The notes: generated by a model not told the origin, from the sequence alone. A DNA stretch of 64,000 nucleotides from Felis catus (GCF_018350175.1 NC_058368.1:151716001-151780000), one strand, 5' to 3'. Counted from the first letter of the stretch, positions 13,930-27,780 are shown. Numbers and translations: made by a program.

Positions 13930-14367
13930 GGGGTGCCTGGATGGCTCCGTTGGTTGAGCGTCAGACTTGGGGTCAGGTCATGATCTCACAGTTTGTGAGC
14001 TCAAGCCCCAGGTCAGGCTCTGGGCTGACAGCTCGGAGCCTGGAGACTGCTTCAGATTCTGTGTCTCCCTCTCTCTCTGCCCTCTGCCCTTGCTCACGCT
14101 CTCTTTCAAAAAATAAACAAACAAACAAACACTGGGGCCCTTGGGTGGCTCAGCTGGTTAAGTTTCCGACTTCACCTCAGGCCATGATCTCATGGTTCAT
14201 GAATTCAAGAACCTTGTCAGGCTCTGTGCTGACCGCTCAGAGCCTGGAGCCTGCTTCAGATTCTCTGTCTCCCTCTCTCTCTGCCCTCCCCCACTCACAC
14301 TTTTTCTCTCTCTCTCTCAAAAATAAACATTAAAAATATTTAAAAAATGAACATTAAAAAATTTTTA
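13930..14367 (+). mobile_element. CAN-SINE (outer), tail interrupted by a second SINE
   Basis: Head ggggtgcctggatggctc at 13930; degenerate TSD agaagtcaggaaaccct (13913-13929) and agaaaccaggaaacct (14368-14383). Confidence 0.9.
14134..14345 (+). mobile_element. CAN-SINE (inner, nested in the tail of the previous SINE)
   Basis: Second head ggggcccttgggtggctcag at 14134, with full body and its own tail. Confidence 0.9.
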
Positions 14368-15629
14368 AGAAACCAGGAAACCTATATTCATCTTGTAATT
14401 CTGTCTTGAGCAACTTACTTAACTTTTCTCAGTCTGTTTCCTCATATGCAAAATCACAGAATAAATATCCCTCACCCCTAAAGAATTTAAAGGTATTTAC
14501 TATTTAATATATAAGTTCTGTGGATTTTTATTTTCTCTTTGTGAAAACATTTTTTGGCAATGATGAGAATCTTTGTAATCAGGGCTTCACTACATTTTCG
14601 GGTGTCTAGTAAGTGAATCAAACTTCTACAACCCACATTTCACGAAACCCTAATTCAAATCAAGAAATGTGCCGTGGGTGGTGTAGGTGAGCGCTCACAG
14701 CACACAGGAAGCTTTACCGGAAGGTATCAACTGAAAGGAAACACACATGGAAATATCCTGTCACCCATACTGAAACCTTTTGCAGCCAAGCGAGGCCCTT
14801 TATGGAATCTTCCAAGCATGGCCACCCACAGGTGCCGTCACATCAGCCAGCTTCTCTTATCTCTTTAAAAAAATTTACTAAATACAGACTTCTATGATGT
14901 GTGTTTTGCTGAGGATCCGTCATCCATATATCTTCAAATGATGACTTGTTTTACAAGGTTTTAATGCATTTTTTAACCAAAAGCTTTCTACAGTACTTAA
15001 ACTTTCTTGAACTTCAGTGGAATTCATGGAAAAGAAAGACTTTGTAATCTCTATTAAGGAAATTAGTTTTGAGCATAATGATGTTGTTCCCCATCTTTAA
15101 ATAGAAAAAAAAAAACCTGGCCTTATATAAAGTTTATTAAATTATTTTTTAAAGTAGCAGAAAGCTTTTATTCTATTAATATAATCTTATCTCTCACCAA
15201 AAATAATTATTAAATATAGGCTTTTTAATTTGTATTGTTTTCATGGAATGAACTATACACTTTGGATATATTATGACATTTAGTAACTGGACTATAATCC
15301 CACTACAGATTAAATATGACCAAATTTTATCCACATTCTATTTTTAAAAGCTATTTCTCTATTCAAAATTTTATTCCTGATGCAGGTATGTACAGACATG
15401 CAAACAAAACTACAGTTACCCATTTTACATGCAAACATGGAGGTTTTTAAAAAACAGAAGGATGTAACAGCCCATATCATGTCATGCTACCAACCAAATG
15501 TATTAAAAAAACTAAAGGCTTCTTCCTGTAACCATTAACAATATTGTAACTGTTTTAAATGGTCACATAAAAAATAACACCTAGTGATAAAAAATGAGAA
15601 TTTTTCTTAGTACTGTAATCATTCTATTT

Positions 15630-16460
15630 TGTATTTATTCAAAAAATATTTATCAAGACTTCATCTGCATTATTTGTACAGATATTTATGAAGCCATGCA
15701 ATTTGATTTTGTGGTGAGAAGGAGAAAGATATAAACAAGATCTGATTCTAGACACAAACATATTGTTAATATATCAGATGAGATAAGGGGGGGTAGAAAT
15801 TACTATAGCCCTATTGAACCTTACTATTGAATCTGGTAAGGCATTTACGTTTAAAAACATGTGCACGCATGCATGTGACTATGAGACATTTGGTAAGTAG
15901 CAACAGGGAAAATTTCAACTGAGATTGACATGTGGGTTGCCCCTTGAAGGAAAGAACATGTCAACATGTTGGAAAAGTGGGGAAGCCTCTTGACCACAGG
16001 AAGGTAAAAGCATCACCAAGATGTTTTTAACCGAATTCATTCAACAGTGGTCAATTTTGATTTAGTTGTAATAGTGCAGGGTGATTGAAGGGGAATTCTA
16101 GGTAGTGCATCATAAAAATGAGGTATAGCCTAATTTGTAGAAGGCCTTGAAAGTCAAGGTAATGATGCCTCAGGGTTTGATAGGTAATGAGGATTCATTA
16201 ATGAGAATAAAGGTAAAAAAGAAAAGGAATGGCTTACAGTGATGAATTTGGCAACAAGACAATAAGCAAGAGAAGATGATCAGAAAGGCAATGTAAAATA
16301 AGAGTCTAAACAAAATAATGAAAATAAAAATGAAACGGAAGTACTGAGTGCAAGAGAAATTCCAAGAGAATCAGAAATGTTGATGACCAATAGGTACATG
16401 TGAATTGGGGAGAATGGAGGTACAGTGAAGAGGTTTGAGTTTAGATTATTGGCTAAGAGA
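15630..16460 (-). mobile_element. L2 LINE fragments (highly diverged)
   Basis: Reverse L2 3'-end signature tttattcaaaaaatatttatcaag, then purine-rich L2-like body (gaaggccttgaaagtcaagg). Confidence 0.55.
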
Positions 16461-17609
16461 TAAAACTACTAACACAAAATATGGGGATGGCTACAAAAGA
16501 GGACAAATAATGGTGAAATCAGCTACACACACACTGTCTAGGACATATCCAAATGGTAACTTGAAAAGGCAGTCAACTGCATCAGTGTGATTATGATGCA
16601 GGATAGCAGGTCAAGCCTGAACTTTTTTAAACACTGAATAAGTAGTTTCAAGTGTTAAATGAAATGAAATGAAATGGTCAGATCATGAATCAGCTTAGAG
16701 GGCTGTAAAAACAATTGTTTTAGTTATTTCACTGTTCAGTTACCAATCAGCAACTTCATGCCTCCTTCCTCCCTGCCCCATAAACTCACATACTCCCTTT
16801 TCAGGCCTGATCCTCTCCTAGGATCAGGCCTGAATCTTAAGGTCTGGAGCTGCAAAATTAGAATACAGAAAAAGAAGTGGATGTCATATTCACAAAGGTG
16901 AAAATAAAACTTTTGGAAGTGGATGGTGTCACTAAAAACAGAGGGAATAGGGAGGAAAGGGAAATGGTCTTAAGGGAAGTGCTTAGAATTAGGTTTGCAG
17001 AGGAAGTGGAAAAAATGAGAGGAGGCCCAGTAAAAGGCACTGGAGGAGAATCTGGGGAGAAAGGGTCAGGAAAGCTGAGTTTCCTGGAAAGAAGAAAGGA
17101 GAAATGGTCAAGAAACCTGAAATGTTGCTGGGAGATTAATGCAGAGATTTCTGAGGAAAAGAGATGGAACCAAAGAGATGATATCACAAAAAGGTTAAAT
17201 CAAAGCAAGATTTTCAGAGTTACTAAACAGGAGACTCAGAGACCATATTGACTAAAGGTAAGGGGGGAAAGGTGAGCACTAGGTGGGGAGGAGATGGGTG
17301 GATAGGAGAGGTTAAAGTTGCCTAAAGAAAGATTAAAAAAAAAAAACAGTAGAGAGAAAAGGTCAGAATTTGTGTCAGACTGCTAATTGTGCATAACACT
17401 TAATTGGAGTAGTCTGGAGGGACTTCTTTTGGGAATAAAGGAGATTTTGATTAAACTAATGTAATGTATAGAGCTAATCAAACTCAAGTCTACAGTTGTA
17501 ATGTCAAAATGTCTTATAGCGTAGAATCTTGGTGATCAATGTTTATTCGTTCTGTTGAAAACCTTTCCAACAAGCTGATTAAATCAGGTCTCAAAGTTTC
17601 AAACAAGTC

Positions 17610-18010
17610 TGCTATGGACCGAACTGGGTACCATCACTCCCCACCCCCCCATTCATATTTTGAAGCCCTAAGTCCAAAGTGATGGCATTTGAAGATGGAG
17701 CCTCTGAGAGGTATTTAGATAATTATGTTTAAATTAGGTCCTGAGGGTCATAAGGGTAGTGCCTTCATGATGGTATTAGTGCCCTTCTAAGAAGAGACAC
17801 CAGAGTCTGAATCTCTCTTCTGCACCATGAGAAGGCACCGAGAGAAGGTGACCATGTGTGAGTCAAGAAGAGAGCTCTCACCTGAAACTGATCAAGCTGG
17901 CACCCAGATCTCAGATTTCTAGCCTCCAGAAATGTGGGAAAATAAATTTCTTGTTTAAGCTACCCAGTCTATGGCATTTTGTTATGGCAGCCTGAATTAA
18001 TTATGATACA
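17610..18010 (+). mobile_element. MaLR solo LTR (MLT1A-like)
   Basis: Starts tgctatggac and ends gataca; internal gatggcatttgaagatggagcct and agcctccagaaatgtgggaaaataaatttc...gttatggcagcc. Confidence 0.85.
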
Positions 18011-18663
18011 GTGATTTTTACCCCTAATTTGGGGTATTTATAGTATAATATTTAATTACAGTCTAATTTAAGAATATGGAACTTTATGAAACAAAATGGA
18101 ATCCTCTTCTTCACAAAGTTTGAATAGAAATTTAGTAATGGAAAAACAAAAAAATGAAAGAAGAAATGAAGAAAGGAAGGAGCAAAGAAATAGTCATTTG
18201 GAAAATGTTTAAACATCTTGCAAATGTCTTCAAGTAGAATAGCTAAGAACAGTAACTACTGAATTCTATCTTTTACTGTATTCCTAGTGCCTTCTCTAGC
18301 TATCTCATTTAATCCTCACAAGAATCTGTTTAGGTAGGTAAAACACTAGAGCTACCCACCTTTCATAAGGAAAAAAAAATGCCCAGGGAACTAAAAAAAA
18401 ACCTTGCCCAATATTACCCATATTCCAGTAAAGGAGCTAGGATCATGCCTCTCCATTATCCATATGCTTTGAAGATTTACTTCAATAAAAAATGATTTTA
18501 ATTTTCTTACTTTTATATCAGGCTACACTCACAAAAAATATTCCATGTTAACATTTACTTACTACCTTTCTGTCTCAAAATGGAGATAGTGAAGCAGCAG
18601 GGATAAAGACTAATGCAAACATGAAATGTATAGGACAAGGTTTAGATTTTACATTTTCAAAGC

Positions 18664-19284
18664 TATGTTCATTGCAGCATTATTCACAATAGCCAACATA
18701 TGGAAACAACTTAAATGTCCTTCAACAGATGAATGGATATATATGATATCTACTTATCCACCTCCTTTCCTCCCTCCCTCTCTCTCTCCCTCCACACAAT
18801 GGAATTTTATTCGTTCCTAAAAAAGAAGAAAAGTCTGTCATTTGCAACATGGATGGAGCTGGAGGACACGATGCTAAATGAATTAAGCAAGACACAGAAA
18901 TATAAATACTGTATGACTTCACTTATGTGTGGAATCAAAAACTGTCAAACTCATACATGCAGACAGTAGGCTGGTGGTTGCCTGGGGCTGCGGGAAAGAG
19001 AAATGGGGAGGTATTGGTGAAAGGAAACAAAGTTTCAGTTACAAAAGATGAGAAAGTTCTGGAGATCTAATAAAGCATGGTGATGGTAGTTAATACTACA
19101 GATGTACTTGAAATTTTCCAAGAAGATAGATCTTAAATCTCACCACACTCACACAAGAGGTGACAGATATATTGGTTGGTTTGGGGTGATCATTTCACAA
19201 GGTAAACATTTATCAAAACATCAAGTTGTATGCCTTAAAATATACAGTTTGTATATGTCCATAACCCAATAAGTCTGTTAAAAA
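18664..19284 (+). mobile_element. Old L1 3' fragment (L1MA/MB-like): ORF2 end plus 3' UTR
   Basis: Translates as [25 protein letters not shown] and FATWMELEDTMLNELSK, homologous to the ORF2 C-terminus at 41.7-41.9 kb. Confidence 0.9.
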
Positions 19285-21988
19285 TTGTTTTCCAAACTGT
19301 CCATTGTTTATTAAACTGTACTTATGTTTTTAACCCACACAAAAGTTCAGCAAAGAGCTAGTTTCTTGGTCAATCCAAGTGAAAATGAAGAACTCTTAAC
19401 CTTAAAAATGTCTCTGCTTTCTTAATTGCAAGTTTTTAAAAAGCTGTCTATCCCCAATTAGTTGTAATTTTCAAACTTGGATTTTAAAAAAGAAAAGGGA
19501 AATACAATAATCTTCTAAGTGTAAATCTACAGTTTAGATGCACTGTCATTTCACAGAGCAAGTAAGAAGCTCCTACTTTATCTACCCCAGGCAGTTTTAC
19601 ACTTAGTTGTTTTTAATAATGAAAGATAATTCAACACCCCCCCCCCCCCAACTCCTATCTTGGCTAAAGCAGTGCTTGAGCTAGGTGGCCTGTGCCTTAT
19701 TTAGATCAGCACATCATGTGACTATAGGATCCTGGCAGATTTCCTGGGGCCCAGGGTTGTGGAGGCAAGTAAAATTTTACTACGTGGCCTTTGGGGGAAT
19801 CTATGGTTTTACACTTTTCCAGTAGTTGAAGAGCAATAGGCAGTGACTTGATCTTGCTAAAGACCTTGCCCAGTGGTCTGTTAGCACGAGGGTTTGTCTA
19901 GGGAAGAACCACCCAACTCTGCCAGAGGCGAGCAGGCATTCATGTGGTATATCAAGATCATCCCTATGACTGTCACTGAGGAAGCAGCATTTAAACTCTT
20001 AAAATATCTCGTGCAAAACTAAAAGGAAATCGTACCAAGTATGGCTTCTGGGAGCGAGGTACACAGCTGCTAAAGACAGGAAATTTAAATTAAAGCTGCT
20101 TCCCCCCCCATCCCCCCAATTAGATTCCTTTTTATATATTTTTTCAGGTCCCATGATAATATAAGATGAATGCAGAGCACCAGAGAGATTTCTGAATTTT
20201 TCTATTTTCTAAGCAGTCTAATCCAGCGCACCTCAAATTTTCCATTGGTGGTTGATCTGACGATGTAAGAAGGAATAGGTTGGTGGTTTGAAGAAAAAAG
20301 AAGGGGAGCCAGAAAACTTCCAACTGCTTACAATTTACAGTTGGCCAAGCAGTAAACATAACTTATAGACCTGCTAGCCTCCTTACCCTGGCCATTTTTA
20401 TCTTCTTTTCTCCATGAGCTGCTCAAAGCCATACCCCAAAGTACTCTGACACAAAACCATTGGAGGGTGTGGTCTCTGCTTGTACTGGGCAATGAATAGG
20501 GAAGCTATTTATTTCTGGGGCATCTCTGTTCAGTGACTCATGTTTGGACTGGAAAATTGGCCACAGCTTTCTAGCAGCTCTTTCCTGCCAGCTAACCTGG
20601 CATTCTACCCAGTGCTTCCACTGCCCCTCCCCCTTTCTCCTTGCCCAGTCTGCTTTTATATTCCTAGAGCCCCCACTTAATAATAGTCATTGTTCCACGT
20701 TAACCTTGAGGATCTGGGAGGAAGGACAGTGAAGGGCGTAGCTGTATGCTATAATGAGCATTTGGCGCTATAGCAGGTGGAAAAGGCTTTGGGGATCTGG
20801 GCAGATTAGGAGGAGAGGGGGCTCTAGCAGATGTTGAAGCAAGATGATGTATTGCTGCTCACTCTGGGATTCAGACAATACCAGTGCAAAAGTGGAACAG
20901 GGAAAAGGGGGAAAAATTGATCCGTTTTGATACAAACTGGGCTAGAAACCAGACACACTTGAAAGTGAGCTTTTAAAGAAGACAAATTTGTTTCCAGGCA
21001 CTGGGTTTTTCGTTTGTCCATTTTTTCCCCCTAACAGCAGATCAATTGCCAAATTGTTCTTTTAATTTGAATGTTAACTACATCCAAGGCTTGACTTATT
21101 TCCCATTAGCTAAAGTCTCTTATTAATCTGACTTCTTTGTAGTAAAAGAAAAATAGAAATAGATGTATCAAAAATTCCATTTTCCTCTGTTTTCAGAACT
21201 GAGAAGCCATAAAAAGCAAAGGTGAATGACATTTAATTAATATTGGTTTTACCATTTGAAGAAATATATACTTAATGATATTCTTTTGCTTTGTACTAGG
21301 CTATTGAATAATTTAAAAAGTTGATAAAAACAAATGTTCTATTCACTTTACAAAGAAGAATAAGAATGAAATTTAATCTTAGTTTTTTGCTAACAAATCC
21401 CAGTTCTAATTTCTAATATGTATTTCAATGTGTTTTGTGAAATTCTAGAAAGAGACATAAAGATAAATTACCTACTGCACTATATGGTTTGCATAATTAT
21501 TCATATATATTTGCACATACACATACACCCACACACATATGTATACACATATATACACATACATGTATATAAGCATATAACATATTCTGAATGTGGATGG
21601 ACAGATGGTACACAAGAGCTAATCAAATGTAACAACAACAACAAGAACAAATCATGATCCTCAAATGTTGACAGCACTGGTGAAGACAGTTATAGCCAAG
21701 TGTATTTTAAGGAATATTATATACAGAGAGTTGAAATGGTAAAAATTATTTCTAGAAGTTTTAGCCTCTTGCCTTTTCCCCAGTACGCAATACATGTATT
21801 CTATTAAATCAGTTTGGGTAAAAAGGGGACTAAAACCTGTCTAGATTTCACTCAAGTCAAGGATGACAATAAGAATCTAGAAATTATAACCTCTAAACTG
21901 TGTCTACTTAGGCTGCATTGTTTATGACTTGATTGGTTTTAGGGGCCATCTATATGACTGGAAAACTATCAGAAAATTATCAGAATGT

Positions 21989-22163
21989 TATATTCGTCAA
22001 GGTTCTCCAGAGAAACAGAGCCAAGAGATCATTTGCTTGTTTATTATAGCAATTGGCTCACTGATTTTGGAAACCAAGAATTGCCTTGATCTTCCCAGGG
22101 AAAGCTCAAGAACCAGGACAGACAGTGGTATAATTCAGTCTGAGCTGGAAGGCCTGAGAACCA
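21989..22163 (-). mobile_element. ERVL LTR fragment (MLT2-like)
   Basis: tattcgtcaaggttctccagagaaacag...aattggctca...gaaggcctgagaacca matches the recalled reverse MLT2 end. Confidence 0.8.
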
Positions 22164-22444
22164 TGTTCCAAAAGAGAGCATCTGAGAAGCAATAGCCAGA
22201 GAGTGAGTAGTCCCAAAGACCAAGCAAGAAGTGTGAAATCTCCTCTGACTCCAGCCTAGTTGTCATGTGGTGTCCTTCTTGCCACATCTTGCTGGTTTCA
22301 AGAGTCACTAAGGCCAGGCAAGATTCAAAAGATAAGGGAAAACATTCTAAAACTTGATGAGGGGTGGTGAGGTCACACTGCAGAGGAGCATGTGGGATAG
22401 GGCACTATGGTTGCAGCCATCTTTGGAAAACGCAATGTGCAACA
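22164..22444 (-). mobile_element. MaLR LTR fragment (MLT1H-like)
   Basis: gagcatgtgggata...ttgcagccatctttggaaaacgcaatgtgcaaca, the reverse 5' end of MLT1H-type LTRs. Confidence 0.75.
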
Positions 22445-23585
22445 AGTTTTTCTTACAACATATTACAGTCAGTTCTTGTATTTTTTAAGCCAGTTTTACT
22501 CTTCACAATTTCTGAAAATTAAAAAAAAATGTGCCTGTTAGTATAAAAAATTATAATTAAAAATATATAAATATCTGTAGATTTCCAAAGCACTGCTGAT
22601 TGGTTGTAGTTATTACAGTGTATTTTCTTAAAATCTGACCAGTTTGAATCCATTTTTTCTACTCATTAGATGTGAACATTGGGAAATTTTATAAAACCCC
22701 TGGAGCCTCAATTTTTTTTCATCTGAAAAATGAAAATATGAATATAATTCCATCTACAAAATGAAAATAATACTTTATACAATTACTAGGGTTAAGTGGT
22801 ATATTACAACGAAACCAAACAACTTTCAGGATCTCAAAAATGTCTGTGGCCTCTATGGGTGTAGGCATTGTCTGTGACTATAGAAATAGGAATCAAGACA
22901 TTTCTAAATTAATCTCAACAACTGTATTATATGATATGATTTGTGATGAATGTTCTAAAGTAATAAAATGCTTTATTTTTTACTTAATAATAGTAAAATT
23001 TTGATGTTAATTTTTTCTAAAATTTATTGAAGCCTCCAACACTAAGTAAAATGAATCTCAAAATCATGTGGTTCCTTGTATACAGACATCATTGTTACCT
23101 CCAGAGCTATTAAGTCAACATTCACCCACTCCTTGTGGTAAGGAGAAATTAAGCTATGTGAGAAAGATTAGGAGAGATTAAAATGATAGTGCCAACAGAG
23201 ACAAGAAAAGTTCATTCACCTGTTCATTCATTCAACAAATACTCATCTGAGTGACTATTGTAATACAGATTCTATGGTAGACAGTTAAGATATGAAGATG
23301 ATGCCGACACCATCCCTACCTTAAAGAAACTCTCCTTCCCTAAGGAAAAGTGACATATTAAGAGACATTTCTACATCGAAATTTAGGAGTAGTAATATGC
23401 ATACATCTTTTTGGGTGGTAAAGGATTCCTGAAGGAGGTGATGCAGAAGTTTTGTCTCAAGGACAATTATGAATTAGCTTGATGAAATCAAGTAAGTGAG
23501 AGAACTGGGAAAACATATTCACAAAACTTCCCTTGAATGTTTATTCTGAACTTATACTATGTGGCTAAATAAACTTCACAGAGCA

Positions 23586-23998
23586 TGTGGTGGAGGTTTT
23601 GCCCCGTTCATCCTTGGAGGAGGAGTTTGTTGTCCAGATGCTGGGCATGCTACTGGAAGATAAACGTTAGCTGTGGGGGGGACCTTCAAGAAATTGCCTC
23701 ATCTGGACAGAGCTGCCTCATCCAAGGCCACACCTTGTCTGAGAGGCTAACATCCCAAGATGTTTGGGTGCAAAGACTTGGCCATTGTGGAATCCACATG
23801 AGGCAACAATGAAGGGCCAGTTTAGCTCCAGAGCTTCCAGTGGGGTCAACCGAGGTTGACATGGAGCCTGTGATACAGCTGGAAGTTCTCCCTCTGCTCC
23901 CTTTCTCTTTCACAGGTGTTGATCCTAAGGGCCCTTCTCAGTAAATATCCTGCACCGCTGTCTCAGAGTCTATTTTCTGAGAAACCCAACCTGTGACA
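23586..23998 (+). mobile_element. ERVL LTR (LTR16-like)
   Basis: TG...CA ends; 3' part ttcacaggtgttgatcctaag...ctcagagtctattttctgagaaacccaacctgtgaca. Confidence 0.7.
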
Positions 23999-26193
23999 GT
24001 ATGATAAGCAGAAAGAATTTTAAGGAATTGTGAATTTATCTTTGTCCATTTGATCCCTTGAATATGGGCATTTCTCCCACTTTATGTTTTTAACAGACTG
24101 CTCAAATATTAGTCACATCAGTCTGCATTGTAAAAATAATTACTCAAATTTGGTTGAAAAATATTACTTAGAAAGCATAGCATAAAGCTGGGTTTTAGTC
24201 ATGAATCTCTCATCCATTTATCATTTGATCATATTTTTGGATAACTGCTTGCCAAAGCTAAAAATTTTAATCAGAGCCATTTTTGAGTAGGAAAAGCAGA
24301 AAGGATGCCTTTGAAAGCAATAATTCCTTTTTTGTTTCTTTTTACTTTTATACAATTTAAAAATAGTCAACTGGATTTTTAAATTTTAAATTGATAAATA
24401 AAAATGCATTTGATACTCGCCAAGTTGACTCATATTTTATAGATGAAATTAGATTAATTAAGATACTACAAATTGCATGAAGTTATTTATTTTACTCTTC
24501 TGTTGAATAGCAAATATTAGCTTTGGTTACACAATGATCATAAGAAATAATTATCTTGAGAGGTTTCACAATATCATTATGATAATTTGTTATATTGCAT
24601 TTACATAACATTTTAAAATATTTTATAGTCTTAGAGCCCAATCTTGCCATGCATACTCACAAACAGGGTTTGTCTCTTGATGCATGTATGTACGTATTTT
24701 TCCCGAATACAGTGATAAAAAAAACAGTGAAGAAAAAAAAAAAACACAGCTCTTTCACTTTGCTCTCTTTACTTCAGCTAATATTGATGTGGTCCCCATA
24801 TTTCCTCCATTCTTTGCTCCTTTCCTTTCTATGAACCATGTGAAAGGTAACAATACAATGATACCAATAACAGTTAATATTTGTTGCACTGATACTATAC
24901 GCTTGTCATCATTCTAAATTCCTTCCTGTACGTCAATTTATTTAATTCTCATAACAAAATTTTGGCTATTATTTTCCCTATGTTAAAGATGAGAGATGAC
25001 CCTTACCTAGAATGGGACAGAACCACTGAAAGAATACTGTACGTTATGATTGCTTTCACTTTAGGAGTCAAATATAATTTCTTCCTGTTAATCAAATGAG
25101 AGGCATGGCCTATATGTTCATTAGGAGTGGTGGGGGAAAAAAACAGAGCATTAATGTAAGTGTATCAAACTCTTCTGAATATAATGCAAGGAATTCAGAA
25201 ACAAAGAAACAGAAACGCAAGGAAACAGGTGGGTCTTTCTTTAGATATATTTAATACGAAGTAAAGTTATAGATGTGTATGTTGGGGGGAAGGTAGCTGA
25301 AAAACAGGGAATTTACCAAATTGTCCAGTGTCTGTACGTGGGTGCTGGAAAATGTCATATTTTCTCTTCGAATTTATGTATTTTCCAGTTTTCTATAATG
25401 AGTATGTCTTACTTATGTATTTGAAATATTAATATGGAGGAGTTTTAAATGCTAAAATTCTATTTTCATAAAAATCTACTACTATAACAAGTGTGCCTTG
25501 TCCCCTTACTTCCCAAGAGTAACTCACTTCTTTCACTGTACAATCATAGGGCTATGTGTGTGCTACATACACAGTGAGGAGGAATGACTGAACGAATCCT
25601 CCAAAATCACCTTTATCAAATTCTGAATGTGGCAGGGAAGGTCAGGCCACGTATGCTCCCACATGCTTTCACAGTTATGAATATTGTAATTGGGAAGTTA
25701 ATGTGGCTAATATTACTAATTTACATAGGAGGGCCTCATTATAATGCCATCCTCATTCTTTGTGTTAGTATTTTCTGAAGCAATACGCACAGGGTGTGTG
25801 TGCCAGGCACACAGGGACTAGAGCATTGAGCAAGAGCAAAATGGTCCTAACCTGACTGAGGTATAGGCAGGAGCGGAGGACCCAACTTTGTTCCAGAATA
25901 TCATTCAGATCACTTGACGTTTTATTATTATTTAAAGAAGGTAAAATTTCATGTTATATTAAATTTAATGTCATAACTGATTTTCTGGGAAGATATTAGT
26001 TAATAAATAGTAAGAATTCAAGTAATCAACTGATTTAAGCTTTGCTTAGCACACTACAGCTGACTTCACAAGCAAAGCCAAGTGCAGAAAGGAAGTTTTT
26101 AGATATCGGTGGAGTTGATAATTCTTCTCACTTTGTGGAAAATATGAACAGCTAATTATTTACATATTGATAACTAGTAAAACCTCTCACTCT

Positions 26194-26417
26194 AGGGCAC
26201 CTTGGTGGCTCAGTCAGTTAAGTGCCGGACTTCAGCTTAGGTCATGATCTCATGGTTCATGGGTTTGAGTCCCGCGCTGGGCTTTGTGCTGACAGCTCAG
26301 AGTCTGGAGCTTGCTTCAGATTCTGTGTCTTTCTCTCTCTCTGCCCCTCCCGTGCTCACAATCTGTCTCCCTGTCTCTGTCTCTGTTTAATAAACATCAA
26401 AAAATTAAAAACAAAAC
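26194..26417 (+). mobile_element. CAN-SINE
   Basis: Head, (CT)n and A-tail; TSD aaaacctctcact at 26179-26191 and 26418-26430. Confidence 0.95.
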
Positions 26418-27449
26418 AAAACCTCTCACTTCGCCCATTGTATACACTTCTGAACTTGATGACAAAAACTTTATAGTAACTTTAAACTTTGAGTTTTTTG
26501 TTTTCTTGCAAAAAATGCTTCTGGTCTGTTATCATTTTTAAATGTCAAACTTTTAATGAATTTCATCTACGTATACCAATGGGCATAAAAGTCTACTCTG
26601 AAATATTTACCGTCATTTTGAATTTATTCAAAAGTCACTGTGAACATGTGTACATTTTTTTATACCTAAGGGGATGTTATTGGTGAGATGATCTCTTGTG
26701 TGTCAATACCTTGAGGATAGGTACTTTTTCAGGCTTGCCTCTAGCAAGTGCTAAGTGCCTGGGAACATATAATAAATATTTGATGATTAATATTTGATGG
26801 GAAGGTGTTAGAATAAGAGGAAAAACCAGATTCTTAACCAAAGAAATTATACTTACTATGTTCTCATTTGTATACCATAAAAAAACATTTTAGATAGCAA
26901 TTAATTTTTATTATTAGTACAAATAATTTTCTGTACCATATACATATGACTGAAAACTTAGAAATAATAAAAATTTGCACTATATATGTAGAGAAAGAAT
27001 AAAATAATAAAATTTTCACTCTATCATACAGAAATAACTACTATTTGACATCATTTACCTTGTATACTTTTACAGTGTTAAGGTTATCTAATAGATTCAC
27101 TATTGAATCTCACTTTTAACTAAATATTATATCCATTAGAATGTTCAATGACACTACCTATATATGTCTTGAAAACATCTGAAAAACTACAATTATTTAG
27201 GTTATCTAAAATTTGGGGTTTTATTTATAGTTGCAATTTGCCATCATTTCTTGAGACTTTGCTATGTCAGTTACCATGTCCTTTTATAACAAATCTATAA
27301 CGTTAGGTGAATTGTCTTCAATTTCAGATCAAAGATTTCAGTAATGCTACTTTATGGAGGAGGCAGGATTTAAAGACAGGTTTGATTTGACTCCTAAACT
27401 CACCTGTTAACAACTTTGCTTTTTTGGACCCACATTAGATGTGCCATCT

Positions 27450-27780
27450 TGATACATATCTTTGTGGTATGGCTTTGTGCACTTTTGGAAAATAGCCTTA
27501 ACTATATTCTCAGAAGTAGAATTAGAGAGTCAAAGGCATGAACACTTTTTGAAGCTTTTAATATGTTTTTCCAAATTATTTTCCATATGTATTATAATCA
27601 AATTTACATTGCTATCAGAATTCAGGGGATCTTAGTATTTATTTAATAGTTATTATATAGATAGGACAAAATGTATTTTATGGATTTAATGTCCATGTTT
27701 TTTAGATATAACAACCATCTTTTAATTTATTAACTAGCTATTTGTGTTACTTCTTATGTGAATGCTCTGTTACACTGCTT
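27450..27780 (-). mobile_element. Ancient L1 fragment (L1ME-like)
   Basis: cagaagtagaattagagagtcaaaggcatgaacac...ccaaattattttcca resembles the reverse old L1 ORF2 3' region. Confidence 0.55.

Noticed and set aside
13560..14333. ORFs of 74-130 aa; similar ones at 26222, 38521, 47771, 50826 and 57778
   Set aside because: Read-through of CAN-SINE sequence
14687..14698. GTGAGCGCTCAC, the core of the symmetric lac operator
   Set aside because: Flanking AATT arms are absent and there is no vector sequence; chance 12-bp palindrome
16858..17251. Opposing 109-aa and 124-aa ORFs
   Set aside because: Purine-biased, old L2-like sequence; low-complexity products
25737..25750. Lone cattataatgccat, identical to 46992-47005 in the tandem array
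   Set aside because: Single AT-rich 14-mer with weak flanking similarity; cannot be separated from chance
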